Assembly: GCA_963812955.1 (NCBI GenBank)
Contig: CAWEXC010000005.1
Span: 283,638 to 347,637, forward strand
From: an uncultured Solirubrobacterales bacterium
GTDB lineage: Bacteria; Actinomycetota; Thermoleophilia; Solirubrobacterales; Solirubrobacteraceae
Direction: 5' to 3'
Length of the DNA stretch: 64,000 nucleotides
Below are positions 9,699 through 20,998 of the stretch, in pieces. The position numbers and the translations under genes are program-made. Numbering within the stretch: position 1 is the first letter of the stretch; the number at the start of each line of letters is the position of its first letter. The notes beneath the pieces were generated by a model. It was not told where the DNA came from. It saw nothing but the letters and a program-made list of their open reading frames with translations, and did no database searches.

Positions 9699-10996
9699 CT
9701 TCTCGCCTCCGCAAGTTGCTCGGCCGCCAGACCGATCACCTCCTCGGGGTCGGTGGTGTCGGGAACGCGGATTTCGCCGGAGATCAGCTTGGGGAGGAGG
9801 GCGTCTCGAAGCTCACGGAGAGTTCGCGATTCACGCCATATGGCTCGGGTCTTACTCATGACCTCACGCATCAATGAAGCATCATCCGCCCACGAGTCCA
9901 TGTCAGGGGGAACCGCTAGCTTCAAATCTGCAAGAGCCGCCGCTACTACCCGTTGGCGACCGGATGACCCGGTCATGCTTGCGATCGCATGGTTGCGCAC
10001 TCGCTCTGTGCGACTCAGGAGGAATACGGCCTCCGGCGTCAGCGGCGGACGAGCGCGAAGTACTAGGAACTCCGTTGAACCTGCCCCTGCCGTATCTATG
10101 AAGTCCACAAAGGCGCCCTTGCCGTGCTCGATGCAACCCGTAATTCGTGCCATCAGGGTATCTCCGGGCTCGAAGCGAGCACCCCCTGCATAGACGCGAC
10201 GCCCGATGACCGTCGGACGGGTAGACCAGGGATCGACACCAGCCATTTCTATGAAGGGAACAGACGAGCCTTTCTTGACCGTGACTCGGGGGTTGATTGT
10301 GACAGCGTCCGAAAACGCCACCACCTCCCAGCCCCGAGGGATTGGCCCAATCTCGCTCTCCTCAAGTTCGTCCACACCGATGAATTCAACGAATCGTCCA
10401 CGGAACACGGTTTCAGCAACTTCCTCCAGCAGTGCTGCGAATCGCCTATTGCTATCGATCTTGCCATCGAGAGTGGCAAGAACGGACGCAATGGCCTTCT
10501 GTTCAATTGGTAAAGGAAGGGTGAGCTCAATCGCATGCTGATCACGAAGACTCACGTAGTCGGCCATATCGGTCTGGCCCTTCAAAGCATTAAACTGGCG
10601 ATGACACTCATCTCCGTGCATCCAGAAATACAGGAAGCGAGGATCTATCTCGCACCCGCTTTGAACTCGCCAAAAGCATAGCTGGGGCGAGTAGACAAAC
10701 TCTGGAGTCGTAGATATCACAAGCCCAAAACGACCGACCGTCCCCTTTGAGGTGAAGACGACATCTCCCGGCCGAGATACCTTACGACCTACATACACCA
10801 TTCTCTCCGGTAGCAACCGATCGGCACCATCAAACGCAAAGCCGGCACGAACATTGCCGGCCCTCGCGAATGGGATGCCCACCTCCCCCAGCTCGACGTT
10901 CTTTGCACGGTAGCCGTCGCCAATGACAAGACGCCCCGCCTCAATCAGTTCCCCGACGGTGATTGTTTGCCAGTCGCCGTGGCGCTCAGGCCTCAT
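9695..10996 (-). CDS. hsdS: Type I R-M specificity subunit S
   Basis: Two TRDs separated by LPLPIEQKAIA..L..LD.KI; SEIGPIPRGW; LRELRDALLPKLISGEIRV; lower GC than hsdM/hsdR; start ATG 10996 overlaps the hsdM end. Confidence 0.93.
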   Translation of the reverse strand: MRPERHGDWQTITVGELIEAGRLVIGDGYRAKNVELGEVGIPFARAGNVRAGFAFDGADRLLPERMVYVGRKVSRPGDVVFTSKGTVGRFGLVISTTPEFVYSPQLCFWRVQSGCEIDPRFLYFWMHGDECHRQFNALKGQTDMADYVSLRDQHAIELTLPLPIEQKAIASVLATLDGKIDSNRRFAALLEEVAETVFRGRFVEFIGVDELEESEIGPIPRGWEVVAFSDAVTINPRVTVKKGSSVPFIEMAGVDPWSTRPTVIGRRVYAGGARFEPGDTLMARITGCIEHGKGAFVDFIDTAGAGSTEFLVLRARPPLTPEAVFLLSRTERVRNHAIASMTGSSGRQRVVAAALADLKLAVPPDMDSWADDASLMREVMSKTRAIWRESRTLRELRDALLPKLISGEIRVPDTTDPEEVIGLAAEQLAEARR

Positions 10997-12563
10997 ACCC
11001 CACCCGCCCCAACGTGCGCCGCACCTCTTCAGCCAGCCGCTCGTTCTCGGCCATCTCGTCCGCCAACCTATCCACCAATGTAGCCATCCGCTCCTCGAAC
11101 GCAACCGCGTCCTCCTCGCTCGCCGGCGCCCCGACAAACCTCCCCGGCGAGAGTGTGAAGCCTGCGGCCTCTATCTCTTTCAGGTCGCTGCCCCGGCAGA
11201 AACCGGGCTCGTCGTCATAGTCATCCTCGGTCGTACCCCGCCACGCGTGGTAGACCGAGGCAATCCGCTCAATCTCCTCGTCGCTCAGCTCGATCTGGGT
11301 GCGGCTGATCTTGCTGCCGAGCTGGCGGGCATCGATGAACAGAGTCTCTTCGCGCCGATCGCGGTCGGTGGAGGAAGCCTTGTTGCGATCGAGGAACCAC
11401 AGGCAGACCGGGATGGCCGTGGTGTAGAAGAGCTGCGCGGGCAGCGCCACAATGCAATCGACCACATCCGCCCGAATCAGGCTCTCGCGGATAGCGCCCT
11501 CGCCGCTGGTCATCGTAGTGAGCGAGCCGTTGGCCATCACGAAGCCCGCACGGCCGCGCGGGGCGAGGTGGTGCAGGAAGTGCTGGATCCAGGCGTAGTT
11601 GGCATTGCCCGTCGGCGGGGTACCGTGCGCCCAGCGGACGTCGTCGAGGATCGCCGGCGTAGACCACTCCTTCTGGTTGAAGGGCGGGTTGGCCAGCACG
11701 AAGTCGGCTCGCAGCGACGGGAAGGCGTCGGTGAGCAGCGAGCCGCCCTCGTTGTATTCGACCTCCCCCGAGAGGCCGTGGATCGCGAGGTTCATGGCGC
11801 CGATGCGCCACGTCGCCTGGTTGCGCTCCTGGCCGTAGATCGAGATCTTCTCCGGGCGCCCGCCGTGGGCCTCGACGAAGCGCGCGGACTGGACAAACAA
11901 CCCGCACGAGCCGCACGCCGGGTCGAGCACCCGGCCTGCGTAGGGCTCGAGCATCTCGACCAACAGGCGCGCGACCGGCGCCGGCGTGAAGAACTCGCCG
12001 CCGCGGTGGCCCTCGGCGCGGGCGAACTCCTTGATGAAGTACTCGTAGGTACGTCCGAGGATGTCACGTGCCTCGCGAGGATCGCTGCCGAAGCCGATCT
12101 TCGCGATCGTCTCCACCAGCGAGCCCAGCAGCTCCGCGGAGATCGCCGCGCGCGAGTAGACCCGCGGCAGCATCTGGCGTAGCTCGCGATTGTCGCTTTC
12201 GATCGCACCCAGCGCGTCGTCGAGCCGCTTGGCGATGCCCGCGTGCGAGGCGCCAGCGAGGATCGCCGGCCAGCGCGCCTCGCGCGGTACCCAGAAGACG
12301 TTCTTCTCGGTGTAGGCGTCGCGGCTCTCCAGCTCCTCCTCCCGTTCGGCAGCGTCCGCGAGGTAATCGGCGACCCGCGGGTTGGCGAGTTCGGCCTCCA
12401 GTTCCCCGCGGCGCTGTTCGAACGCGTCCGAGACATACTTCAGGAAGAGCAGCCCCAGAACCAGGTGCTTGTACTCGGAGGACTCGACCGAGCCGCGCAG
12501 CTTGTTGGCCGCCTCGAACAGCGCCGCGCCGTTGGGACCATCTCCGTTTTTGGGCCTTGCCAC
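10986..12563 (-). CDS. hsdM: Type I R-M N6-adenine methyltransferase subunit M
   Basis: GEFFTP, VLDPACGSCG, YGQE, LANPPF, NANYAWIQH. Confidence 0.96.
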   Translation of the reverse strand: MARPKNGDGPNGAALFEAANKLRGSVESSEYKHLVLGLLFLKYVSDAFEQRRGELEAELANPRVADYLADAAEREEELESRDAYTEKNVFWVPREARWPAILAGASHAGIAKRLDDALGAIESDNRELRQMLPRVYSRAAISAELLGSLVETIAKIGFGSDPREARDILGRTYEYFIKEFARAEGHRGGEFFTPAPVARLLVEMLEPYAGRVLDPACGSCGLFVQSARFVEAHGGRPEKISIYGQERNQATWRIGAMNLAIHGLSGEVEYNEGGSLLTDAFPSLRADFVLANPPFNQKEWSTPAILDDVRWAHGTPPTGNANYAWIQHFLHHLAPRGRAGFVMANGSLTTMTSGEGAIRESLIRADVVDCIVALPAQLFYTTAIPVCLWFLDRNKASSTDRDRREETLFIDARQLGSKISRTQIELSDEEIERIASVYHAWRGTTEDDYDDEPGFCRGSDLKEIEAAGFTLSPGRFVGAPASEEDAVAFEERMATLVDRLADEMAENERLAEEVRRTLGRVGYEA

Positions 12564-12760
12564 CGCCGGAACGGTAGCGGCGACGGCGGGCGGCTGCCCG
12601 CGCGAGCGTACCGTCGCGGTCGAGCCGTACGATCGGCTGCATGGCTATGAACACGAAGGCAGCCGGGGCGGCAGACCGCACCTGGCCGGAGTTCGGCTTA
12701 AGCACCCGAATGGGGCTTGCCCGCGTCGGCGGTCGCAGATCCAGAGTATTGCCAACTAGC

Positions 12761-12766
12761 TATACT
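12761..12766 (+). promoter_or_regulatory. -10 element (TATACT) of a probably leaderless vapBC transcript
   Basis: TATACT ends 6 nt before GTG 12773, with no SD. Confidence 0.5.
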
Positions 12767-12772
12767 CGAGCG

Positions 12773-13009
12773 GTGGCCAAGGTGATGATCTCGATTCCCG
12801 ACAACCTGCTCGACGCGCTCGACGCCGAGGCGCGGCGACGCGGAACGAGCCGCAGCGCCCTGCTGCAGGCCGGGGCGCGTCGCGAGGTCGGCCTGCTGCG
12901 CCGCAAGCCCAGTGCGGTGCTCTCCGACCTCGATGAGCTCAGCCGCGCCTGGGAGGGGCCGGTCGGCGCCGCGGAGCTCGTGCGCGCCGAGCGGCTGCGC
13001 GACGGATGA
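12773..13009 (+). CDS. vapB: Ribbon-helix-helix antitoxin (VapB/CopG-like)
   Basis: AKVMISIPDNLLDALDAEARRRGTSRSALLQ is an RHH pattern; ATGA coupling to the PIN gene. Confidence 0.82.
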   Translation: MAKVMISIPDNLLDALDAEARRRGTSRSALLQAGARREVGLLRRKPSAVLSDLDELSRAWEGPVGAAELVRAERLRDG

Positions 13010-13443
13010 CCTCGCCGCAGGAGCAGGCTGAGGCGCTCACAACCGCGTGGATCGTCGACGCCAGTGTCGCGCTGAAGTGGTTCCTGCCCGTCGATCGCGA
13101 GCCCGACGGCGAGCTTGCGCGCTCGGCGATCGGAAAGCTTGCGATGCGCACCACCGCTCTGGCGGTGTACGAGGTCGGCAACATCCTGATACGTCACTCG
13201 GGATGGACGGCCGACCGGGTCGCGGCGGCACTGCAGCTCATGCTCAAGATCTGCGGCGACCCGATTGAGCTCGCGCCGGAGGACCATCACCCTGCCGCGC
13301 GGCTCGCGCTCGAGCACGAGCTGACCTTCTACGACGCCTCATACGCCGCGATCGCCAGCCGCACGAAGCGCAGACTGCTATCGGCAGATGGGGACCTGCT
13401 GACGCCGGGGCTGGCGCTCCCACTTCAGAACGCGCTGGCCTGA
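13006..13443 (+). CDS. vapC: PIN-domain toxin VapC
   Basis: IVDASVALKW, YEVGN, LTFYDASYAA.A, LLSAD. Confidence 0.9.
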   Translation: MTSPQEQAEALTTAWIVDASVALKWFLPVDREPDGELARSAIGKLAMRTTALAVYEVGNILIRHSGWTADRVAAALQLMLKICGDPIELAPEDHHPAARLALEHELTFYDASYAAIASRTKRRLLSADGDLLTPGLALPLQNALA

Positions 13444-13499
13444 ACTCGACCCCCTGCGTGAGGGCAACCCGCGAACCCCGGTTCTCGCGGGGAGCGCCC

Positions 13500-14096
13500 T
13501 CAGTGGCTCTCCAACACCCGGTCGATCATTCCGTACTCCAAGGCCTGCTCGGCGGTGAAGAAGCGGTCGCGCTCCATGTCGTGGCGGACCTCCTCCTCAG
13601 AGCGGCCGGTGTGGAGGGCGTAGATCTGGTCGATGCGCGCGCGCACCTTGAGGATCTCGCGGGCGTGGATCTCGATGTCGGTCGACTGGCCTTCGAAACC
13701 GGCGGAGGGCTGGTGGATCAGGATGCGGCTGTTGGGCAAGCAAGCCCGCTTGCCCTTGGTGCCGCCGGCCAGCAGCAGCGAGCCCATCGACATCGCCACG
13801 CCGACGCACATCGTCGCGATGTCGGGCTTGACGAAGTTCATCGTGTCGTAGATCGCGAGACCCGAGTAGATCGAGCCGCCGGGCGAATTGATGTAGATCG
13901 AGATGTCCTTCTCGGGATCCTCGGCCTCGAGGTGCAGCAGCTGCGCCACCACGAGGTTGGCGACCTGGTCTTCGATCGGCGTGCCAAGGAAGATGATGCG
14001 CTCGTTGAGCAGCCGCGAGTAGATGTCGAATTCGCGTTCGCCGCGCGCGGTGCGCTCGACGACCATCGGCACCAGTTGCATGTCCATGGGCGCCAC
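13500..14096 (-). CDS. clpP: ATP-dependent Clp protease proteolytic subunit
   Basis: [28 protein letters not shown] (catalytic Ser), ILIHQP, MERD; the true start may be 14087 or 14081. Confidence 0.96.
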   Translation of the reverse strand: MAPMDMQLVPMVVERTARGEREFDIYSRLLNERIIFLGTPIEDQVANLVVAQLLHLEAEDPEKDISIYINSPGGSIYSGLAIYDTMNFVKPDIATMCVGVAMSMGSLLLAGGTKGKRACLPNSRILIHQPSAGFEGQSTDIEIHAREILKVRARIDQIYALHTGRSEEEVRHDMERDRFFTAEQALEYGMIDRVLESH

Positions 14097-14097
14097 C

Positions 14098-15081
<984 letters not shown>

Positions 15082-15178
15082 GTGCGATTCCTCCTTGCCG
15101 ACATAATGCTGCGTAGCCCCACCATGTGTATCGCGCTGCGCCTCCCGCCTCGTACCCTCAACCACCGTACTCCCGCAA

Positions 15179-15727
15179 ATGTTTCCCCTGAACCTACCGA
15201 ACGTCCTGACCGTACTGCGGATCATGCTGGTCCCAGTACTGGTTGTCGCCTTGCTGGGCAACACTCCGTCGGGCGACGTGCTCGCAGCGGTGGTGTTCGC
15301 GCTGGCCTCGCTGACGGACTTCGCCGACGGCTACCTCGCGCGCACGCGCGGATCGATCACGACCTTCGGCAAGCTGATGGACCCGCTCGCCGACAAGCTG
15401 CTGATCATCGCGGCGCTGCTCTCGCTCGTCTCGCTCGGACGGCTGGCGGCGTGGGTGGCGATGGTGATCATCACCCGCGAGCTCGCGGTTACGGTGCTGC
15501 GCCTCGGCGCCACCCAGGCCGGCGTGGTGATGGCCGCCAGCATGTTCGGCAAGGTCAAGACCTGCATGCAGATCGCGGCGATCCTCGCGGTGATCGCGGT
15601 GCCCGGTCAGCCGCTGTGGGTGGCGCTACTGCTGTACGCGACCGTGCTCGTGACGGTGCTCTCGGGCCTCGACTTCTTCTTCGGCCTGCGCCGGCGGATG
15701 CAGGCTCAGACGCACCAGTCAGGCTGA
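15179..15727 (+). CDS. pgsA: CDP-diacylglycerol--glycerol-3-phosphate 3-phosphatidyltransferase
   Basis: NLPNVLT.LR; D..DGYLAR....[16 protein letters not shown]-alcohol phosphotransferase motif. Confidence 0.95.
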   Translation: MFPLNLPNVLTVLRIMLVPVLVVALLGNTPSGDVLAAVVFALASLTDFADGYLARTRGSITTFGKLMDPLADKLLIIAALLSLVSLGRLAAWVAMVIITRELAVTVLRLGATQAGVVMAASMFGKVKTCMQIAAILAVIAVPGQPLWVALLLYATVLVTVLSGLDFFFGLRRRMQAQTHQSG

Positions 15728-15756
15728 GCCGCCACCCAGCCACTCACGGCTCATCG

Positions 15757-16810
15757 TTAAAGGGAGGGGGTTTGAACGCCCACCCACCCGGGCCTGCCCT
15801 CCCCCAGCTCAAGCCACTCCTCCAGAGTGGTCTGATGCGCGGTGGGAATCCCGGAGTCGAACTCACCCCGCAGCTCCGCGAGCAGGCCGTGGCGTTCGGC
15901 GACGACGTTGTGCTGGTGGATCGTCTCGAGGTTCTCCTGGCGCGCGGAGATGAAGCTGGCACCGTCTAGCCCGGGGAAGGTCGGCCACGACGCCCGCGAC
16001 CATCTCGCGCACGCAGTCCTCGACGAAGCGCGGGCGACGGTGGGCCTTCTCGACGACCTCGACCTCGTCGGAGCGCTTCATCAGCTCGTAGATCTCCGAG
16101 GACATCGAGCCCTCGACGATCTCCAGCAGCGTCTTGGCGTCGATCTCCGCCTCGCACCCCTCCAGGCAGCCGATCTGCAGCGTGCCGAGGCCGCGCTGGT
16201 TGTGGGTGGCCACCGGGACCTGGGCGAGGATGCGCTCGATCTGCTCGTCCGAGAAGCCCTCCTGCTCGGACAGGCGCTCACGCGCGCGTGCCGCAACGAG
16301 CTCCTGCGCGCAGGGGCAGGCGGTGATCCCCGTCGCGGAGACCCCCACCATGTGGCGCGTGCCGCCCTCGAGCGCCACGGCGCGGCCGTGGAGCGTGTAG
16401 ATCTCCTGCGTGGACACACCGGAGACGGGGGCGGGCTTGTGCTCGGGGTAGCGCGCCTGCACCGTCACCTCCGCCCGCGCGGCCCCCTGGCGGGTGCGCA
16501 CGAGCTCGGCGATGTTGCGCGCGAGCGTCTCCGCGCGGAACTGCGACTGGGTGAGCACCACCTCCCCGATCGCCTCGTTGACGACCTCCTCGAAGCGCGA
16601 CATGTGCGCGCCCTTCTGGTCGTGGCTCAAGTCGACAAAGCACTCCAGTCGCGCGAAGAACAGCTCGTCGCGGATGCGCACCACCTTCTCCACGCCGGTC
16701 ACCCCCACACGCGAGAGGCCGATGCGCACGGCGGGCACGCGAGCCTGCACGTCCTCGGGGGCCGGCTGGCCCTCGGGCGCCGGCTGATGAAGCGAGGGTG
16801 TCACGCGCAT
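15757..16810 (-). CDS. folE2: GTP cyclohydrolase FolE2/MptA family; one extra base near 15975 (probable assembly error)
   Basis: DVQ, LSRVGVTG, KGAHMSRF, ITACPCAQ, ATHNQRG, KRSDE, PRFVEDCVRE. The conserved C-terminus (FPGLDGASFISARQENLETIHQHNVVAER) continues in another frame to TAA at 15757. Confidence 0.85.
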
Positions 16811-17178
16811 CGTTGTCGGCACCGCCATCAAGCGTAGTACACCCGATCCCAGCCGGCCGGGGGATGCCAATCGGTGGAAGCTGCGCACGGGGGCCTTGAT
16901 ATCTGGTATCACTCCGCAGGTCATTTGGGGCAAGTGCCGCAACGTCAAGGGTCGTCGCGGGTTTGGGCAGGCAGAGCCAGCACGAGCAATCAGGCTGGGG
17001 AGAAGGAGTAGAGCCGGTGGCAGTCATCACCGAAGGGACGCGTAGGAGGCGCGGACGAGCAGGCTGGTAGGGGAGGCGCGACGGGTGCAGCTCGCCGCGA
17101 TGGGTGCAGCATGGATCCCGGGGGTCCACTGAGTTGAGCGAGAAGGTGTTTGAGTTCGCAGGGTTGGAGGGTAGGGGG

Positions 17179-18396
17179 ATGGTGCGCGCTCCAGTTGAGC
17201 CGGCCGTCGCCGGGGCGGAGGTCGCGGTGGTCGAAATCGAGGAGCTGCAGACGCTGATCGCCGACGGTCAGGAACGCGGGTTCGTGGCCTCCGACGCGCT
17301 GGCAACAGCGCTCGAGGAGGCGGAGGTCGCGCTCGAGCAGGTGCAAGACCTGCTGAGCTACCTTGAGGAGCATGGCATCGAGATCGTGGGTGAGCCCGTC
17401 GCGCCGGAGCGGCTGGAGCGCGAGCTGAGCGAGGAGCCAGACGAACCCCGGCCGATCCCACTGCACCGCGCGGACGCACCCGAGCAGGACGACGATGCGT
17501 CGGAGGAGTCCGTGGACCTCGACCAGGTCGTCGAGCTGCGCCCCGCCGAGCTCGAGCTCGAGAGCGCGGAGTCGAGCCTCGACTCGCTGCGCCTGTACCT
17601 GCGCTCGATCGGGCGCGTGCCGCTGTTGAGCGCCGCCGAGGAGGTGGGCCTGGCCAAGCGCATCGAGCGCGGGGACGTGGCGGCCAAGCAGCAGATGGTC
17701 GAGGCCAACCTGCGCCTCGTGGTGTCGATCGCCAAGGGCTACATGGGCCGCGGCCTCACCTTCCTCGACCTGATCCAAGAGGGCTCGCTGGGGTTGATCA
17801 GGGCGGTGGAGAAGTTCGACTACAGGCGCGGCTACAAGTTCTCGACCTACGCCACCTGGTGGATCCGCCAGGCGGTGACGCGCGCGATCGCCGACAAGGG
17901 CCGCACGATCCGGATCCCCGTGCACATGGCGGAAAAGCTCAACAAGGTGCTGCACGCCGAGCGCCTGCTGATCCAGTCGCTGGGGCGCGACCCCAGCGCC
18001 GCGGAGCTCGCCACCGAGCTCGACTACCCGATCGCGGAGGTGCGCGAGATCCTGCGCATGGCTCAGCAGCCGATCTCCCTGGAGAAGCCGGTGGGCGAGG
18101 AGGACGACTCCGCGCTGGCGGACTTCATCGAGGACATCGCCGCCGAATCTCCATTCGAGACCGCCTCGGAGTCGCTGCGCCGCGAGACCGTGGTGCGCGT
18201 GCTGGCGGTGCTGCCCCGCCGTGAGCGGGAGGTGCTGGAGATGCGCTACGGCATCACCGGCGGGCGCTCCCGCACCCTGGAGGAGGTCGGCCGCGCCTTC
18301 AACATCACCCGCGAGCGCGTCCGCCAGATCGAGAACCGCACGCTCAAGAAGCTGCAGACGCTGCCCGAGGCGCAGCTGCTGCGCGAGGCGTCGTAG
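17179..18396 (+). CDS. RNA polymerase sigma-70 factor, RpoD/SigA-like (probably a paralogue)
   Basis: Region 1.1-like N-terminus, [63 protein letters not shown]. Confidence 0.93.
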   Translation: MVRAPVEPAVAGAEVAVVEIEELQTLIADGQERGFVASDALATALEEAEVALEQVQDLLSYLEEHGIEIVGEPVAPERLERELSEEPDEPRPIPLHRADAPEQDDDASEESVDLDQVVELRPAELELESAESSLDSLRLYLRSIGRVPLLSAAEEVGLAKRIERGDVAAKQQMVEANLRLVVSIAKGYMGRGLTFLDLIQEGSLGLIRAVEKFDYRRGYKFSTYATWWIRQAVTRAIADKGRTIRIPVHMAEKLNKVLHAERLLIQSLGRDPSAAELATELDYPIAEVREILRMAQQPISLEKPVGEEDDSALADFIEDIAAESPFETASESLRRETVVRVLAVLPRREREVLEMRYGITGGRSRTLEEVGRAFNITRERVRQIENRTLKKLQTLPEAQLLREAS

Positions 18397-18420
18397 GCTC
18401 TAAACTGCGTCGGCACCCAC

Positions 18421-18502
18421 GGCGGGGTGTCCGAGTGGTTAAAGGAGACCGGCTGTAAACCGGTTGGCTCAGCCTACGCAGGTTCGAATCCTGCCCCCGC
18501 CA
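18421..18502 (+). tRNA. tRNA-Tyr(GTA)
   Basis: Acceptor GGCGGGG/CCCCGCC-A, D-arm CCGAGTGGTTAAAGG, anticodon arm ACCGG-CTGTAAA-CCGGT, long variable arm, GGTTCGAATCC; CCA not encoded. Confidence 0.97.
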
Positions 18503-18578
18503 TGCTTCGATGCGTCTTTTCGCGCCAGCTTAGACGATTGTCTGAAGGGTCTGGGCGTCACAGCGCGAAGATTGCGAC

Positions 18579-18836
18579 ATGCCCGAGGAGCAGGTCGATC
18601 CGTTGGAGCAGGACGGCACGCAGTGCCTGGTCGCACTGCAGCTGCTGCGCGACGATCACGCACTGCGCTGGACGCGCGGGGAGCTCGAGCGCGAGCTCTA
18701 TGACGTCGATGCGGGGGCGATCGGCGTCGCCCTCGAGCGGCTGTGCGAACAGGGCGTCGTGCATCGCGAGGGAGAGCGGGTGTGGGCATCCGCGTGCATC
18801 CGGCACCTGGACGCCCTCGGCTTTATCTGCATTTGA
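18579..18836 (+). CDS. Small hypothetical protein (possible winged-helix)
   Basis: WTRGELERELYD....IGVALERL.EQGVVHREG pattern; coding-like codon use. Confidence 0.6.
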   Translation: MPEEQVDPLEQDGTQCLVALQLLRDDHALRWTRGELERELYDVDAGAIGVALERLCEQGVVHREGERVWASACIRHLDALGFICI

Positions 18837-18909
18837 GCCGCACATCGAGCTCATCTGCATCTGAGCCTCACACCCAGCTCCTCTGCATCTGAGTTCGCAC
18901 ACCGAGCTC
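18825..18909 (+). repeat. 3 x ~28-bp degenerate tandem repeat of the 3' end and stop of 18579..18836
   Basis: atctgcatttgagccgcacatcgagctc / atctgcatctgagcctcacacccagctc / ctctgcatctgagttcgcacaccgagctc. Confidence 0.85.
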
Positions 18910-19086
18910 CTCGAGGCCCGCGCCCGAGAGAACCTAAGGTCAAGCGTCCTCCGCGCGCGGCCGGTGGAATGGCCGTACCCCAGACAACGCAGGCAAATCA
19001 TGGCTTGGCGATAAGCTGGGCCAAGATGTTTATAACTCAGCTGCGCGGAGGAGGGCACGCGATGCCGACACGATGCAGACAAAGAG

Positions 19087-19106
19087 CTGTAGACCTTTGT
19101 CTACAG
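19087..19106. promoter_or_regulatory. Palindromic operator upstream of the XRE gene (C-box-like)
   Basis: CTGTAGAC-CTTT-GTCTACAG, with a degenerate half-site TGCAGACAAAG just upstream (19074-19084) and a related site at 24193-24210. Confidence 0.7.
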
Positions 19107-19124
19107 AGGCGCCACAGTTAGCGG

Positions 19125-19349
19125 GTGTCCGTGGAGCAGATACGCAGCCAATTCGCCAAGAACCTGCGCGCGCACCGGGAGCGCTCGGGGCTCTCGCAGG
19201 AGGCGCTCGCCGAAGCGTGCAACCTGCACCGCACCGAGATCAGCCTCCTGGAGCGGTGCAAGCGCTCGCCGCGCCTGGAGACGCTCGTGATCCTCGCCAG
19301 AGGCCTCGGGCTCTCCTCGCCCGCCGAGTTGCTCGACGGCATTCGCTGA
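19125..19349 (+). CDS. XRE-family HTH regulator (controller-protein-like)
   Basis: FAKNLRAHRERSGLSQEALAEACNLHRTEISLLERCKRSPRLETL. Confidence 0.9.
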   Translation: MSVEQIRSQFAKNLRAHRERSGLSQEALAEACNLHRTEISLLERCKRSPRLETLVILARGLGLSSPAELLDGIR

Positions 19350-19480
19350 GCGGTTCAGAGCCTCGACGGCATTCGCTGAGCGGCTCAGAGCCTCGACGGC
19401 ATTCGCTGAGCGGCTCAGAGCCTCGACGGCATTCGCTGGGCGGTTCAGAGCCTCGACAACCTTCGCTGAGCGGTTCAGAG
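19332..19480. repeat. 5 x 30-bp tandem repeat of the convergent XRE/DUF2252 junction
   Basis: Unit ctcgacggcattcgcTGAgcgg(t/c)TCAgagc. Unit 1 holds the XRE stop and unit 5 the DUF2252 stop; no spacers. Confidence 0.95.
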
Positions 19481-20956
19481 GCCGGTTTGGGCGATGATCT
19501 TGCCCGCCTTGACGGCCTTGGCGAGGGCCTTGTAGTCGCGATCGTTCTGCTCGGCGTAGGCGGCGGAGAACTCGACGATCGCGCGGTCGAAGCTGGGCCC
19601 GCGGCCGAGGTAGGCCGCGATCGCGATGCGGTCGCCGCTGCGGGCGTGGGCCCGCGCGAGCGTCCACCCGCACAGCCGCCCGTAGGCGGACAGGCCCGAG
19701 GGGACCATCTGCTCGATTTCGGCCGAGCCCTTCCAGTCCTTCAGCTGGCGTCCGTAGAAGTCCCGCTCCTGGCCGTCGAGCGCGGACTTGACGTGCAGCC
19801 AGCCGAGGAAGATGTCGCTCGAGGCCTGCATCAGTCGCTGACCAGTGACGACTCGCTCGCCGTGGTTGTCGAACTCGCTCGGGCCGAGGAACTCCTCGAG
19901 CACCGATTCCTCGGCCTCCTTCATCTGCAGGAACAGCGGGTCCTGGCCGTCGCGCCCCAGCATCAGCGCGATCCAGGCTCGCGTGCCGACGCTGCCCACG
20001 CCGACGACCTTGCGCGCGAAGTCGGTGAGGCGGAACTCCTGGAGCAGCACGCGCCGGTCGTGCTCCAGCGTGGCGCGGAAGGAGCGCACCAGCTGGTGCA
20101 GGCCCTCGAACATTTCGTCGCGTTCGGAGCCGGCGACGAGGTCGTCGATCGGGACGATCAGCGGCGGTTCGGCGACGATCCGCGCTTCGCCGTCCACGAC
20201 GTGCGTCAGCTTGGAGAAGGCCGACATGCTGTCCTTGGTGCGGGCCTTGGCGAGCGCCTTCTCGGTGCGCTTGTACTGCCTCGGCTTGAGCTGAGGCCCC
20301 AGCTCCTTGAGGGTGTTCTCGATGTCCAGGCGGGCATACCACACGTCGAGGTTCTTCATCGCCGCGAAGCTCGTCATCGCGATGCGGTACTCCTCGACCG
20401 TATCCAGCACGACCTGCTCCTGATCCTTCACCGGGAAGCCGTTGAAGCGCGCGGCGATCAGCATGCTCGCGGCGAGGCGCTTGACGTCCCACTCCCACGG
20501 GCCGGGGAGCGTCTCGTCGAAGTCGTTGACGTCGAACATCAGCCGCCGCTCGGGCGAGGCGAACACGCCGAAGTTCGACAGGTGCGCGTCGCCGCAGCAC
20601 TGCACCGTCAGCCCCGAGCGCGGCGTCGCCGCCAGGTCGCTGGCCATGATCAGCGCCGCCCCCCGGTAGAACGTGAACGGCGACACCAACATGCGGCCGT
20701 AGCGGATCGGCACCAGCTCCGGCACCCGCGTCTGCGCCTGGCGCTGCAGCAGCCCGATCGGGTCGCGGTGGGCGCCCGGCTCGAAGACTGCGTGGCTGGA
20801 GCGCGGCACCTCCGAGCGTGCCGCCTTGCCGCGCGCCGCGCGCTCGGCCACCGTCAGGTGCGCCACTGTGGGCAGCGCCTGCCTCGTGCTCGCCGGTCGA
20901 GAGCCCCGCGTAGCGTCGCTTGAATTCGTGCTCGTGGTCTTGGACACGGTTGGCAC
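19475..20956 (-). CDS. DUF2252 family protein (kinase-like fold), copy 1
   Basis: RVPELVPIRYGRMLVSPFTFYRGAA, CGDAHLSNFG, NDFDET, WEWDVKR, KVVGVGSVG, LQMKEA, ARAHARSGD; start uncertain (GTG 20956 or 20947). Confidence 0.9.
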   Translation of the reverse strand: MPTVSKTTSTNSSDATRGSRPASTRQALPTVAHLTVAERAARGKAARSEVPRSSHAVFEPGAHRDPIGLLQRQAQTRVPELVPIRYGRMLVSPFTFYRGAALIMASDLAATPRSGLTVQCCGDAHLSNFGVFASPERRLMFDVNDFDETLPGPWEWDVKRLAASMLIAARFNGFPVKDQEQVVLDTVEEYRIAMTSFAAMKNLDVWYARLDIENTLKELGPQLKPRQYKRTEKALAKARTKDSMSAFSKLTHVVDGEARIVAEPPLIVPIDDLVAGSERDEMFEGLHQLVRSFRATLEHDRRVLLQEFRLTDFARKVVGVGSVGTRAWIALMLGRDGQDPLFLQMKEAEESVLEEFLGPSEFDNHGERVVTGQRLMQASSDIFLGWLHVKSALDGQERDFYGRQLKDWKGSAEIEQMVPSGLSAYGRLCGWTLARAHARSGDRIAIAAYLGRGPSFDRAIVEFSAAYAEQNDRDYKALAKAVKAGKIIAQTGL

Positions 20957-20998
20957 GAGCGCCTCGATTCTCTCGGCTCTATCGTCAGACGCGGGGAC

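Noticed and set aside
8652-10193. Long antisense or alternative-frame ORFs (e.g. 8652..10193, 14023..15969, 19073..20923, 39178..41283, 54981..56657)
   Set aside because: Shadow ORFs typical of high-GC DNA, lying opposite well-supported genes and carrying no motifs.
15960-15990. Programmed frameshift in folE2
   Set aside because: No canonical slippery heptamer; similar indels elsewhere point to sequencing error.
19332-19480. 30-bp array (and the 44-bp array at 52151-52368) as CRISPR
   Set aside because: Head-to-tail units without unique spacers, derived from adjacent gene ends; no cas genes in the window.
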